A stretch of 64,000 bases of DNA from Lingula anatina (taxonomy: Eukaryota; Animalia; Brachiopoda), in assembly GCA_051362555.1 (NCBI GenBank), contig CM120641.1, forward strand, positions 9,176,001 to 9,240,000, written 5' to 3'. Under the pieces are notes generated by a model that saw nothing but the letters and a program-made list of their open reading frames with translations, had not been told where the DNA came from and ran no database searches. Positions 53,501 through 64,000 of this stretch are shown here, in pieces. Position 1 is the first letter of the stretch. The number at the start of each line of letters is the position of its first letter. The position numbers were made by a program, and so were the translations under genes.

Positions 53501-54014
53501 CAGACACACTTCCACTTCTAAGTTTTTTGACAGCAGCTTCAGCAAATTCATCTTGCCACTTTTCAGTTTCCTCCGCCAAAAATTCTTTTAATTTTTTCAA
53601 CAAATCTAAAAAAAGGACTAAAATGTAAACCTACTGAAAAAATTAATACATTTGTCATCAATGTCATTCCAACTTTTTAATGAGGTAAAAAATTATCTGC
53701 TTACACTAAAATACAATAAAGGAGTCAATGATACCACAAACATTACAGCATACAAAGTATTACAGCAGCCAGTTTTGCCAAAGCAATAATTACCATTTTC
53801 TTGATAAATTTCCAATAACATTTCTAAAGCAAGTCCAACCCTAAGGACGCCTACCTGCTTCTACATAACAAGGTATGTTATGTGCTGCAATAAGTCTGCC
53901 AGCTAAGCTCTCAGCTGTGGTATCCAATGGAATTGGGATGGGTACTTTCAGGGTGCTCTTGGTACCCTGGTTACTGAAGGCAAATACAAAGTTTTTTTGA
54001 AGCACTTCACCCAT
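47584..54014 (-). CDS. C12orf4: C12orf4 homolog / FERRY endosomal RAB5 effector complex subunit 3 (DUF2362)
   Basis: Exons 54014-53855, 53605-53460, 52497-52316, 51630-51534, 51245-51118, 50673-50558, 50206-50122, 49865-49745, 49019-48841, 48640-48407, 48095-47970 and 47673-47584. Conserved blocks: [96 protein letters not shown]. Confidence 0.92.
51872..52063 (+). repeat. Dispersed ~180-bp repeat, copy 2 of 3
   Basis: Begins ATAATCTCTTAAGAGATTATT and is similar to 6595-6770 (reverse complement) and 62512-62680. Confidence 0.65.
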
Positions 54015-54635
54015 GATGTCTGTTATTACCAGTTGACTGGAAACTTTTGGACGTTCATTTTTTTAGCTAAAAATAAATGAAGAAAACATAAAAACATACA
54101 TTTACATTCCCCATAATCATAGCTAAAGCTGTTATCTTAAAAAACACTTATTTTGACATACAGCATTTTTGCATCCTTAATGAAGCACATTGTAGGATTT
54201 TCCCTTCTAAAAAAACTCATACTTAACATTTTTTCCCTAGAGTAAACAGTGTTTTTTCTCAAAATAACCATCCTTTAAAAATTAAAAAGTCCTTGAACCA
54301 TGTACAAGCAATGAGCAATGGTTGTTCAAATTTCCCCATCCCTGCTAGTTCAAGTTGCCATCAAAAAGTTCTATGTCAAGATGATTGACTATTTCAAGAG
54401 TAACTTATTCAGGAGATGTGAAATCTTTATTATTATTTTCTTAAATATTAGTTTACATGTATGTAATTTATCTGTTAAAATATGAGCTAAAGGAATTTAG
54501 TCTCCAGATAAGTTCAACAAAAAGTGTATATATATGCATGTACTTAGGGTGTGCTTAAGATCTTACACTTCGTCACTTTAACAGGAGTCAAATTTAGCTA
54601 GAACCCGGAAAATTATAAATAAATGATAAAATACA

Positions 54636-54895
54636 TGACAACCTGTTTTCATGATAGCAACTATAGCACTGTCCAAATTAACTATTTAATTACATGTATT
54701 GTCTCTTTGTGCTCCACATTTCTTGCCTGTTTGGTATGAAGCACCACAAATCGGCAGGTTGCAAATATACAATTTCTACAGATATCAACTTTAATTTCTG
54801 CTGCATTCTGGTACTTGTGACCAAACTTTGATTATAAAAAATTAAGTGAACTTTGACAGTACTGTAGTTGCTATCATGAAAACATAAGTTGTCAC
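54636..54895. mobile_element. MITE-like element with ~45-bp inverted termini
   Basis: TGACAACCTGTTTTCATGATAGCAACTATAGCACTGTC matches the reverse complement of GACAGTACTGTAGTTGCTATCATGAAAACATAAGTTGTCA. Confidence 0.75.
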
Positions 54896-55119
54896 TTGCT
54901 TAGTATCTGTCCTACAAGTATTAAAGATAACAACCATTTAAGGCATTACTTTATTCTGGAAAGTAAAACTAAACCATAATTGAGGGGATTCAGGAAGTGC
55001 AGGTTGTACAGTATAGTAGAGCTGGATTTAATTAATGAAATACTACCTTCATAATTAATTCTGAACTAAACTAGTAGATACTACCTGTACATGTAATATC
55101 AACTACTTCTATATATATT

Positions 55120-55481
55120 ACCTTCCAAACACACAAACAAGAAATACTCTGTTATGGTAAATGACTACGCACATGCGTATTAAAATAGTATTAAATACAC
55201 CACAGACGAAAGGAAGTGAAGTGGGTTTCATGTTACAAAGTGGAGAAATATCATAAAAACCAATTTTATATCATTTTAATACGACGTGATTTTAAATAAA
55301 TGATTTAAGATATTCTATAGTCCTCATTCATAATACAACGAGAAATTTGTTTTCATATTATAAAAGTACCGTTGGGTCTAGGCAAGAATACGAGCACCTG
55401 CACCAGCTGACCGTCGTCTGGGGGTCATGCATTGCATTGTGGGACGATATTGAACAGAAATAGGTCAAAACTAGACAAATA
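55120..55481. promoter_or_regulatory. Bidirectional promoter between C12orf4 and an unidentified plus-strand gene
   Basis: CpG-rich segment with a minus-strand donor ~55121, NRF1-like CGCACATGCG ~55168, ETS-like GGAAGTG ~55212 and ZNF143/Staf-like TCCCACAATGCAATGC (reverse complement, ~55428-55444). Confidence 0.55.
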
Positions 55482-55530
55482 ATGGCTGAAGATCTAACTC
55501 GGTCATCGACGCAGCGGCAGGAGAAATCTG
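55482..55530 (+). CDS. Probable first coding exon of an unidentified gene (MAEDLTRSSTQRQEKS...), followed by a long intron
   Basis: ATG in good context (ATAATGG), an open frame up to a strong donor TG|GTAAG, within the CpG island and divergent from C12orf4. No convincing downstream coding exon was found in the window. Confidence 0.45.
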
Positions 55531-58500
55531 GTAAGCCATCAAAATGCGGTGTCGATTTTTTAAACGTGGATAAATTAAGAACAGATGTATCTCTTGCGTT
55601 AGTTTATTTCCCGTTTTAACTCATTTCATGGTACTGTAAAGTACAATTTCCAGTTCGACTTTGACGTCTGTTTCCACGGCGTTATGGCCATGAGCTTTGT
55701 CTGAAATTAGGTCATGTACTTTCTACGTTAATTAACATGATTTATTTGGCAATATTTTGCTGTAGGTCATCAAGACATATTCTTTATCATCACCAATGAA
55801 TATTTTTTAATTAAAAAGCAAGTTTTACTGCGTTACAATATGAATACTTTTAGTATTTTGAGTGCATATAAAATTAGGTCACCACGACGAGGGAATTATT
55901 TGGGACAAAAGATTGAGGTGAAAAATCAGTGTCCGTCGCCCCACTTAGAAATGTTTACTTTCTCGTAATAACGGGGAATAAAAACTTAAAAACGAAAAAG
56001 GGTAAAGGGAAATATTGCACTTAATGTTCCTGTAGTTATTACTTGGTCTTGACTCCCGTTGATCAATACCTTTACCAACATGAATATTTCAATATACCGT
56101 GACCTATTTTATTTCCAACCAGTACGGCAGCTGTGTGTAATGTTGAACTGTCAAATTTCACCTTGATTTCACACTCTCTGACACTTCTTTTTAGATTTTT
56201 ATTTTACTTCATGTTCCATGAAAGTACTCCAAATAAAGATTTTGAGAAAGCAGGATTACGTTGTGCTATGTCAAGGGGACGGTATAGTAAATGAATAATG
56301 CTTTAAATTTTTTGCCCGATGTGTTGCCAAAATGTGTTAAGTTATTTGGTTTACCTAAACTAAATGTATGAAGGTGGCTTTTAACTTTCAACTCCATTGC
56401 CTTGTCTAACAGTGATCATCACTATTTGAAATACTTTTGGCTGATGATCTTTAATTAAAGAGTTTATATTCATACAAAAATGAATCAACTTCATACATAT
56501 TTTTTCTTTAATCAAACAAATATTTACATAGTTTTTTAATGTTCTAGAGTTATTGTCTAACTCATTAGGTTAGCATAGTAATCATGCCTTTGCTTGCAAG
56601 TTTCAAACATTTTTAAGCATAAATCCACTTTTGAATAATACAACTGAATCAGATAATACTGTCAAGACGGCAAATCTGTCAAAATTAATCTACCATGATA
56701 AGATTCTAGATGAATATGTGAAAATTGTGTGAAACAATAGTAAGGGATTTTTTAACCACATTCCATGGGTGTACATGATTCTTACTACTTTCCAAAAAAT
56801 CTTATGAGTCAGTGAATTTTAGCAATTCTTGATTACACATGGGTAATATGTCATAATGTGGTATTTCAAGAAAGTGGTTTTCTGATATATCTTTTTTTTT
56901 CTTTTTTTTTTTTGTTCTTATGCTGAGCAATACTTGTCATCAACAACAACTCATTGACAGGTGTCAATTTATTCTAGAGATATGACTCTGAGATATTAAC
57001 TTTTTTCTGTGAAAGGAGGTTGTTGGGAGTTTTGGTGTAAGAGTTGATTGGTTTGGATTTTGGTTGGATATAGAAATTTTAATATTGCTCCTCTTACATA
57101 CTAACTTAATTGTAAATTCAGACTTGCATACTATTTTTGTTGAAATTTTTTCAATCCCATGTCTGACAACCAACTGAACCAAGGTAAAAACCAATGCATT
57201 CAAATTTTGCTTGTCTAAAGCCAAAAAAACAAAAAACAAAAAGGAAATGCCCCTTTTCCTATTTTTAAATCAAATCTTGCTTAATTTGATGTTTAATATA
57301 TGAAAATAAGCTAGTCTAGTCAATTAAATGTATTTTTTAGCTTCTGACAAAATTGTTAATTTTACTTGCAGCCAGAATAGTCCACTTGCCAAGGGTCATT
57401 GATCTGATGTCCAATTAGATATGTCTACCTTCAGCCAATTGGAAAAAAACTAGAGAAAGCTGATATGCATGGGCATATCAGAGTTGCATTTCATTTTCAA
57501 GATTAAGCACTCATACATTAGCCAAAGTAATCGTAGGATAAGTTAGTATTCTTGGCAATACAAATCTGGCATATTGAAAATCTTCTTCCTGGATATCTCA
57601 AAACAGGCAATAAAAATAGGTCACATGGGGAAAGCATACATGTTCTTATCAGTGAACTGTATTACTAGAGTGGACAGAAATAGATGGCATAATAAAAACT
57701 GTTTCAGGTCATCTGCAGTGGGTAGATCATGCACAGGTATTCTAGGCTGATGCCAATGCTTTGCACCTGCCCTTACTAAAGACAGGAAACGGAACGTAAA
57801 CGTAGTACCTTAATGGACCAATTTCTCAGTTTGGCTCCATTGACTTGATCCCAAATTTTGAGTATGCATTATAACTTTTTTGGAGTAGATGTAATTATTT
57901 AAGATTGAGGTCAATGTTTAAAATGTTAACTAATTTTTTTTAAAGCTCTGGATCCTTGTTATGTTTCTGAGCAGTTAACTTATCCTATTTCTAAGGAATG
58001 GATCTGAATTAAGGTTCCATATAAATGGGCTGATAGAGGTCATTCATGTTCATGATAAGAGATGTAAAGAGTTATGTGGAACATAATTTTGCTGGAAAAT
58101 GTAATTGTGTAAGGGTGTTTTTTTTTTCAGCTGAAACAGGCAATGCATATGGAGACTCAAAATTGTCATTGTTAACAACAATTATTTATATTTTGGTCCC
58201 CTGCCCTTGAAGGTAGTTTACTATGTTAAGTCCATGCATATTTTGACCCCCCCCCCCCCCCCCCCCAACATACACAGTATACAAGACATATATTAAATGT
58301 AGGTCTACCTTGTTTCATAGGAAGGTCAGAATATTTAGATTGGCCCTTGGGATTCCAATATTTATATGATATTTTTGCCTGTGAAATGTCAGGTCTTGAT
58401 AATTTTTAGTATTGATGATGATGATTTGGAAATTCATCGTTCATTGCAATTCTAGAACTGATTTAATATTACATTATGGAGAGGGATCTTTTTTAGGAAG

Positions 58501-61500
58501 TATTATTAGAAATGTGTGTAGAACATAATTATTCAAAGTTGTAGACAGGACAGAATTAGAAATTGATCCATTTATGCATAAATATCAGACTCTTGGTCTG
58601 TTTATAAATAGGCTACTGAAATTAGATTGACCTGACCTGAATTTGAACTTATGAGTTGGGTTTCTTCCCTTTATAAAATACTCAGTCATGTTATCATTTA
58701 GGTGTAGCCCTGGTTTGGACGCATTCCGAGACAGGAGATCTCTGTAATCCCAGGTGTTCGCTTTCATCCTAGTGGTACTACATTTTTTGTCCGTGTGTAC
58801 TAAAACATGCAGTTAACCAGTAATATTACTGCACATATAAACATGCCTGAAAATTTTGATGGATGAATTTTTTTGATTGATTTTGATATGTCATGTATGT
58901 ATATTAATTTACAGATTTAAGTAGCAATTTTAGCAATTGTAGAATAAAACTGCATTCATTTGGCAAGTTGTAGTGAGAAGGATACTACGTGAAAATTAAA
59001 TAACCTCTAGTTGATCAATAAAGAATTTAACTTATAAGGGGGAAAAACAAAAATTAACATAAGTTATTTCTTTTTAGTAATCTTAAAGGCATTAGTTTTA
59101 CCATATAACTTAGTCTTAATTTTATACCCATTAAATGCAATACAATATTAGTTGTCATTAATGACTGAATGATAATTGAATAATGAAACTTAAGCTCTTA
59201 AGCAAGAGTGTAAATTTCGTACCCACTTGATTCTTGTGCTATGCTATTACATATTAGTTAGAAGAGAAATAATATATGTAAGTCATATCAGAATTTCTTG
59301 TTGGTTAGAGGCAGATATTTTCTTTCCTCTTAAAGGATATAGGATTGGGGTAAAACATGCTAAAATTTGAATGAAAATTGGAAGTTTTTTAAACTTTTTC
59401 AGTTGCTTTAAATCACTTACCCACAGTACTTATAATGGTAATAAAGTAAATTGAAATAGACAAAGAACAACAATGATAACTGTCTAAATTTAAACATTGC
59501 ATGATTTCATATATACACTATACACTAAAAGATACTCGAGACATTTGATCTGAATTCTGGTTATTCATAGTACTTAATTTAAAAAAGACCAATACATGTG
59601 AGAAAATATTTACCAAAATAAAGCCCAAGGAAAAAATTACTAACTTTGTTATTTTATGGTAACATCAGCTTTGTAACAACCCTATCATTTTTGTCACTTT
59701 TTTTAGAAACATTTTTGCATTTGAGTAATTTGATTAATAAATGAAAGAAAAGAAATAAAAATAAAGAAAAAAGCATAAGATAGCTTATTTCTTCCTGTTG
59801 TCTGAACAAAGTTATTTTAATACTGTTCTTGAGTTTTTTAGTCTCCAGGGCAAATAACGTCAATTCATTTAATAAAAATGAAAGTTTGTTGGAGGAGTTA
59901 GAGTATTGTTTAAAAAAAAAAAAAGACAAGAAACACTTTTCCAGGATAAAATTCTCTAGAGACCATAAAACGTAAAAGTGATTTCATACTTTAAATAAGA
60001 AATTACTAAAAATTGAAATTACTACTATTTGAAAGTTAATACTCAACACTCTAAAAAGATTTATATCCTGGACATTTTCAGATCGTGCAATACGAAGCAG
60101 CGGTCAAGAACCTATGTAGCACTGAGTCTGATCAATAATTGTGCTGAGAACGATGCAGATTTATTCCAGAATCACAGCATAGAGATCAGAATAGGCATAG
60201 TGTTCACAGGATATTATGCCCTTTGAATATACTAGATTTTCTCAGGGGGTTGGTGGTAACCTTTTAAAGGGCAGTGTGCTCTCCCATTTGTATAATTGCT
60301 CATACCAAGCCCAAACTCATATCTCTGGGGCTGCTTGACAAAGTGGAAAGATTTGAAGTTGCTGAAGGCTTCCTGTGGCAAATAATTTGTTTTATCATTC
60401 AAAGTGAATGGGAAGGGTATCCCATGTTTGTCAGATGCTATTTTCTGTTTCAAGTTAAGGCATCGGAGGTATCATACATTGCTTATCGCATAAGGATTAT
60501 TTTGTTTAGTACTTTATGATTCAGCAGAAGGTTAGCAGAAATTATCATAAAGCAGTACAAGGGAGTTGCAGGTATACAAACATTGAAACAAGCATGTGTA
60601 TGTGCGCAGGCACACATACACACCAGCCTATTTTAAGGTAGTAATTAACAGTAAAACAGTAAAATTTGGGTGTTTTTCTGAATTTGTCAGTATTAGATAG
60701 ATGAAATATCAACTACATATCAGCCTATCTTAACATAATGGAAGTTTACACATAAACCCGTAATTTTAGCCTAATTGGTGATTTACCCCTGTGGTAGCGT
60801 GTCTGAGTTTTAAAGTAGGTCACACTTGTCCATATATGTGTTTGATTGGCAGCTTCACTGTGCAGCTGTATATTTCCCGTACTAGATTGCTGCTAAGCCT
60901 TTCACATTCTGTGAGTAACATCCCGCTTTCACTTGCCAAACAATACTTTTCATTTTGAATTTATCAGTGAACTTAATTCTGATGATCTATTAAAGCTTTA
61001 AAAAGCAGACATATAGATGAGACGTATATGGGCAAAGGCACTCCCCCTAGGTGTCACGTGGTGAAGAAGGCTGACGTCACGACTAACATGGTGGCTGCTG
61101 TCAATGCATGGAGGGGGCCTCCGGTTGAAAATGTTCAATAATATGTTAAAAATGGATGAAAGACATAGTGACAGTTACATAGGCAGTGAGTAGAGGGCTG
61201 AACCAGTATAAATAACTAAATTTCTCAGCTTGCCAATGCAGCTCACTGATTATATAACGTTGGAATCTCCGGGGAGCACTAAAAGGCTGATTTCTCAGCT
61301 TCAGTTTATGGCTTCAAGAGAACCATTTAGACCAGTGTCAAAATTAATTAGAACTCTCAACCGATGAAAACTGGCATTCATTCGTTAGATCTAAGGTTTG
61401 TCTGAAATCATGTGTCTGGGATTTCATAACATCAGCTCCGTTTTCAACTTACGCGTGCTTTAGTTAGGCTAGGGGGTCTCGTTGAACTGGAAACCAGGTT

Positions 61501-62511
61501 TATTTTGATATCTCTGCTAATTTAACACATATCGCTAATTTGAGGCGCATTCTTGTTGATCCCAATGAGGGCTCACGAGTCAAGCTGTCTACACATGTCC
61601 ATTTGTAGTGGACTTCTAGTTTTTAAGGTGTAAAGATCATGTTGAGTACCCCTATTAAGCATTATATCTCATTACATAACGATTACATAATAAAATAAGG
61701 ATATGAAATGAAAAGCTGTTGAAATAAGCTTTCTATTGATATGTAACATGTTGGTATATCTTGGTCGGTTTAGAAGATAGCTACCCCTGTTATCTACATC
61801 CTTAAATCGAGTAGTAGATCCAGGCCTGTCCCTTAATACAGTGAGAAAAAAATCCTACATCAAATGTGGAACCCACTACACAAAATTATGTCTTGTATAT
61901 ATTTCAAAAAGTCCCCAAAATTTTTGTGTAAAAAGGGTATTTGGGAAGCTTTACATCTCCCCCCCTCCAGTGCTATAGATGGCAAGCCTCACTTTTGAGT
62001 AGAAATAGGGTCCACAAAAGGTACACAGGCCGATACTGATAAGGGACAGAGGCATATTTAATATTCTTAGGACTTCACAAATTTGCCAAACATTACTTAG
62101 TGTTCCCAGTTGCATGCCTTCAACCACCCTTAAATAGAAATTATCTGCAGTACTTGCTCTCAATTAAGTCATAAACCCCTAAGGGGGGAAAAAGACACAA
62201 TTAGGCTCCAAGAAAAGTAAACTGTATTCAAGAAGTGTGTCAAGTGCCACTTTTGTATCTGTGTTTTTTTTATAGGAAGGGGCTCTGTGAGACTGTATGT
62301 GCTACAGAGCTGTATGTGCAACTAAGAGAGCATTCACATCGAGAAGAGCCGAGGTCTAGCAAGGCCGAGACCTAAGTATGGCTGACCTACTTGAAAGGAA
62401 GACCGCGTAATCCTTTTAAAGTCTCTTAATGAATGTCATATTTTCCCATATATACCAGTGATGAATGAATCCATTCCTACATGCAGAGTTTGTCCTCTTT
62501 TTTTTTTTTTA

Positions 62512-62680
62512 ATAATCTCTTAAGAGGTATAGCCATCTATGAAGGTCCACGTGGTCTGATGGCAAGAATAATTTCCAGAATTATTACCCCTATTTTGGTG
62601 GTAAAATGGAATTTATTATATTTCAATTAGTAGTTTACAATGTTTTTTTTTTTTTTTTTTTTGTGGAATGTGAATCTCAT
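62512..62680 (+). repeat. Dispersed ~180-bp repeat, copy 3 of 3
   Basis: ATAATCTCTTAAGAG-GTATAGCCATCTATGAAGGTCCAC... matches the copies at 51872 and 6770 (reverse complement). Confidence 0.65.
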
Positions 62681-63138
62681 TTAAATAGTTACGTATATTT
62701 CTTTAAAGAAGCTCTGTGACATTCTTCCTCATTTTATTGAGATGAAATGATAAAATGTGTCAGAAGAAAGAATCTGATATGGTTTCTATGCTGTATGTTT
62801 GTACTACCTTTCTTAGCTAATGTTTCTTATAGTTCATGTCTGACGTCAGGTAGGGATCCTTATAGGTGTTAAACTTAAAATAACATGCTTTCATTTTTTA
62901 TCAATATTGGCTTTCATATTGACATGGCATGCAGCCCTAAATAAAGGTCTGGATAAGAAGTTTTTAGCAGCAGGTCTTTGATCCTTAATATCCTACGAAA
63001 GTCTAGAAATAGTTTGATTAAAAATAAAGACTCAATAGCAAGTCTTTTAATGACAGTACTTCAAAGCAAATTGAAATGAAGACCTACTTCACATTGGCCT
63101 AGTCTTGGCTAGTGCCAAAAAGTACATTGAAAGTCTAT

Positions 63139-63353
63139 GGCTGTATTCCCAGAGCTTTTAGATCGATCTATCCCTGCGGGGAGTCTCACTAGATTACTGT
63201 CAGATAATCCGGCTGAAATGTCCGTCCCGCCTACTACAAGCTGTAAGGGGGTAATTAACTTTCGTGTCCGCTCGGCTGACAGCTTTTTAGCGTGAACCCC
63301 CAGGGAGTTAGGTCGATCTAAAGTAGATCGATCTAATCTCTTGAAATGGGGTC
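63139..63353 (-). mobile_element. PIF/Harbinger (Tourist-like) MITE, 215 bp, copy 2
   Basis: Reverse complement of 29070-29284 with few substitutions; 3-bp TAT TSD. Confidence 0.88.
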
Positions 63354-64000
63354 TATGTTACTAAACTGTTTCAAAGATGTGGAAAAGGATAACCCATTGT
63401 TCTAGTCCAGACTTTTAATGTGGTGTAATACATAGAGTTGATGATCTGAAGCAGAACGCATTTTTCCTTTATCTCCATATTGGTTGGGAGCCATGCCATC
63501 AAAATTAAATTAGCTTTAGGTGATAAGTTCCAAAATAGCAATGTGTGTATTTTGAAACCATATTTTGGATATTAATACTAGGTTAAATGCTTTGCAGACA
63601 AGGTTAAATTGATATCAAAATACATTGAAACTTAACTAAGTGACACCATCACATTGTGATAATCTATTTTTGAAAAGAACCAACTAACTCTGTGCCTTTT
63701 GGTTGAATTATAATGCAGTAATGGGTACATGTGAACATAAGCTTATCTAATATTTATTAAACAGTGGCAGACATAGGTAGAGAATTAGAAAAGTCCTCCT
63801 TCAGGAATGATGTTGAATCACAGCTGTTATATAAATTAGTTCTTTCTTTCATCTTGGGGGCTCCATTGTGTGGTGAAAAATATGGACAGTAATGGAGGGG
63901 TAAGATAATGTAGTCCTGGGGTGAAAAAGATGCTGAGGAAAATTAATTTAAAATCTCCAAGTAATTGTAAAACAGTATCCAACACTGGTTAGCTTGCTTA

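Noticed and set aside
55600-62200. Short ORFs in the ORF track across the long right-hand intron
   Set aside because: AT-rich, low-complexity translations without splice-consistent or homologous signal.
62276-62375. Second coding exon of the gene starting at 55482
   Set aside because: The acceptor is good, but the required phase-1 frame hits TAA and no recognisable protein results.

Overview
AT-rich, intron-dense genomic DNA from an invertebrate animal; the repeat types suggest a lophotrochozoan such as a mollusc, but this cannot be proven here. Hand-splicing (GT-AG boundaries with phase continuity) gives a compact housekeeping cluster: ECH1 (-, runs off the left edge); an intronless RDH11-14-like SDR (+); CMTR1 (-); a Harbinger-type Myb/SANT (MSANTD4-like) gene (+); FDXR (+); P4HB/PDI (+); C12orf4/FERRY3 (-); and the probable first coding exon of an unidentified gene (+). 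Three gene pairs are head-to-head. Introns carry many non-autonomous DNA elements: Helentron/HINE-like elements (one ~4.7 kb with a 161-bp satellite array), Harbinger-like MITEs with 3-bp TSDs, a TTAA-flanked Kolobok-like element, an internally deleted Tc1 and a tRNA-derived SINE. The most unusual observations are: (i) a ~60-bp intronic antisense arm that can base-pair, with strand-specific G-U wobbles, over a 25-nt AUG-bearing micro-exon and its 5' splice site in CMTR1; (ii) FDXR appears to lack its own promoter and may be transcribed through the Myb/SANT gene, with a duplicated FDXR exon sitting upstream of its start codon; (iii) two symmetric cassette-like exons with QKI/RBFOX motifs in the acidic tail of PDI. 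All exon coordinates were read by eye and no database searches were run.
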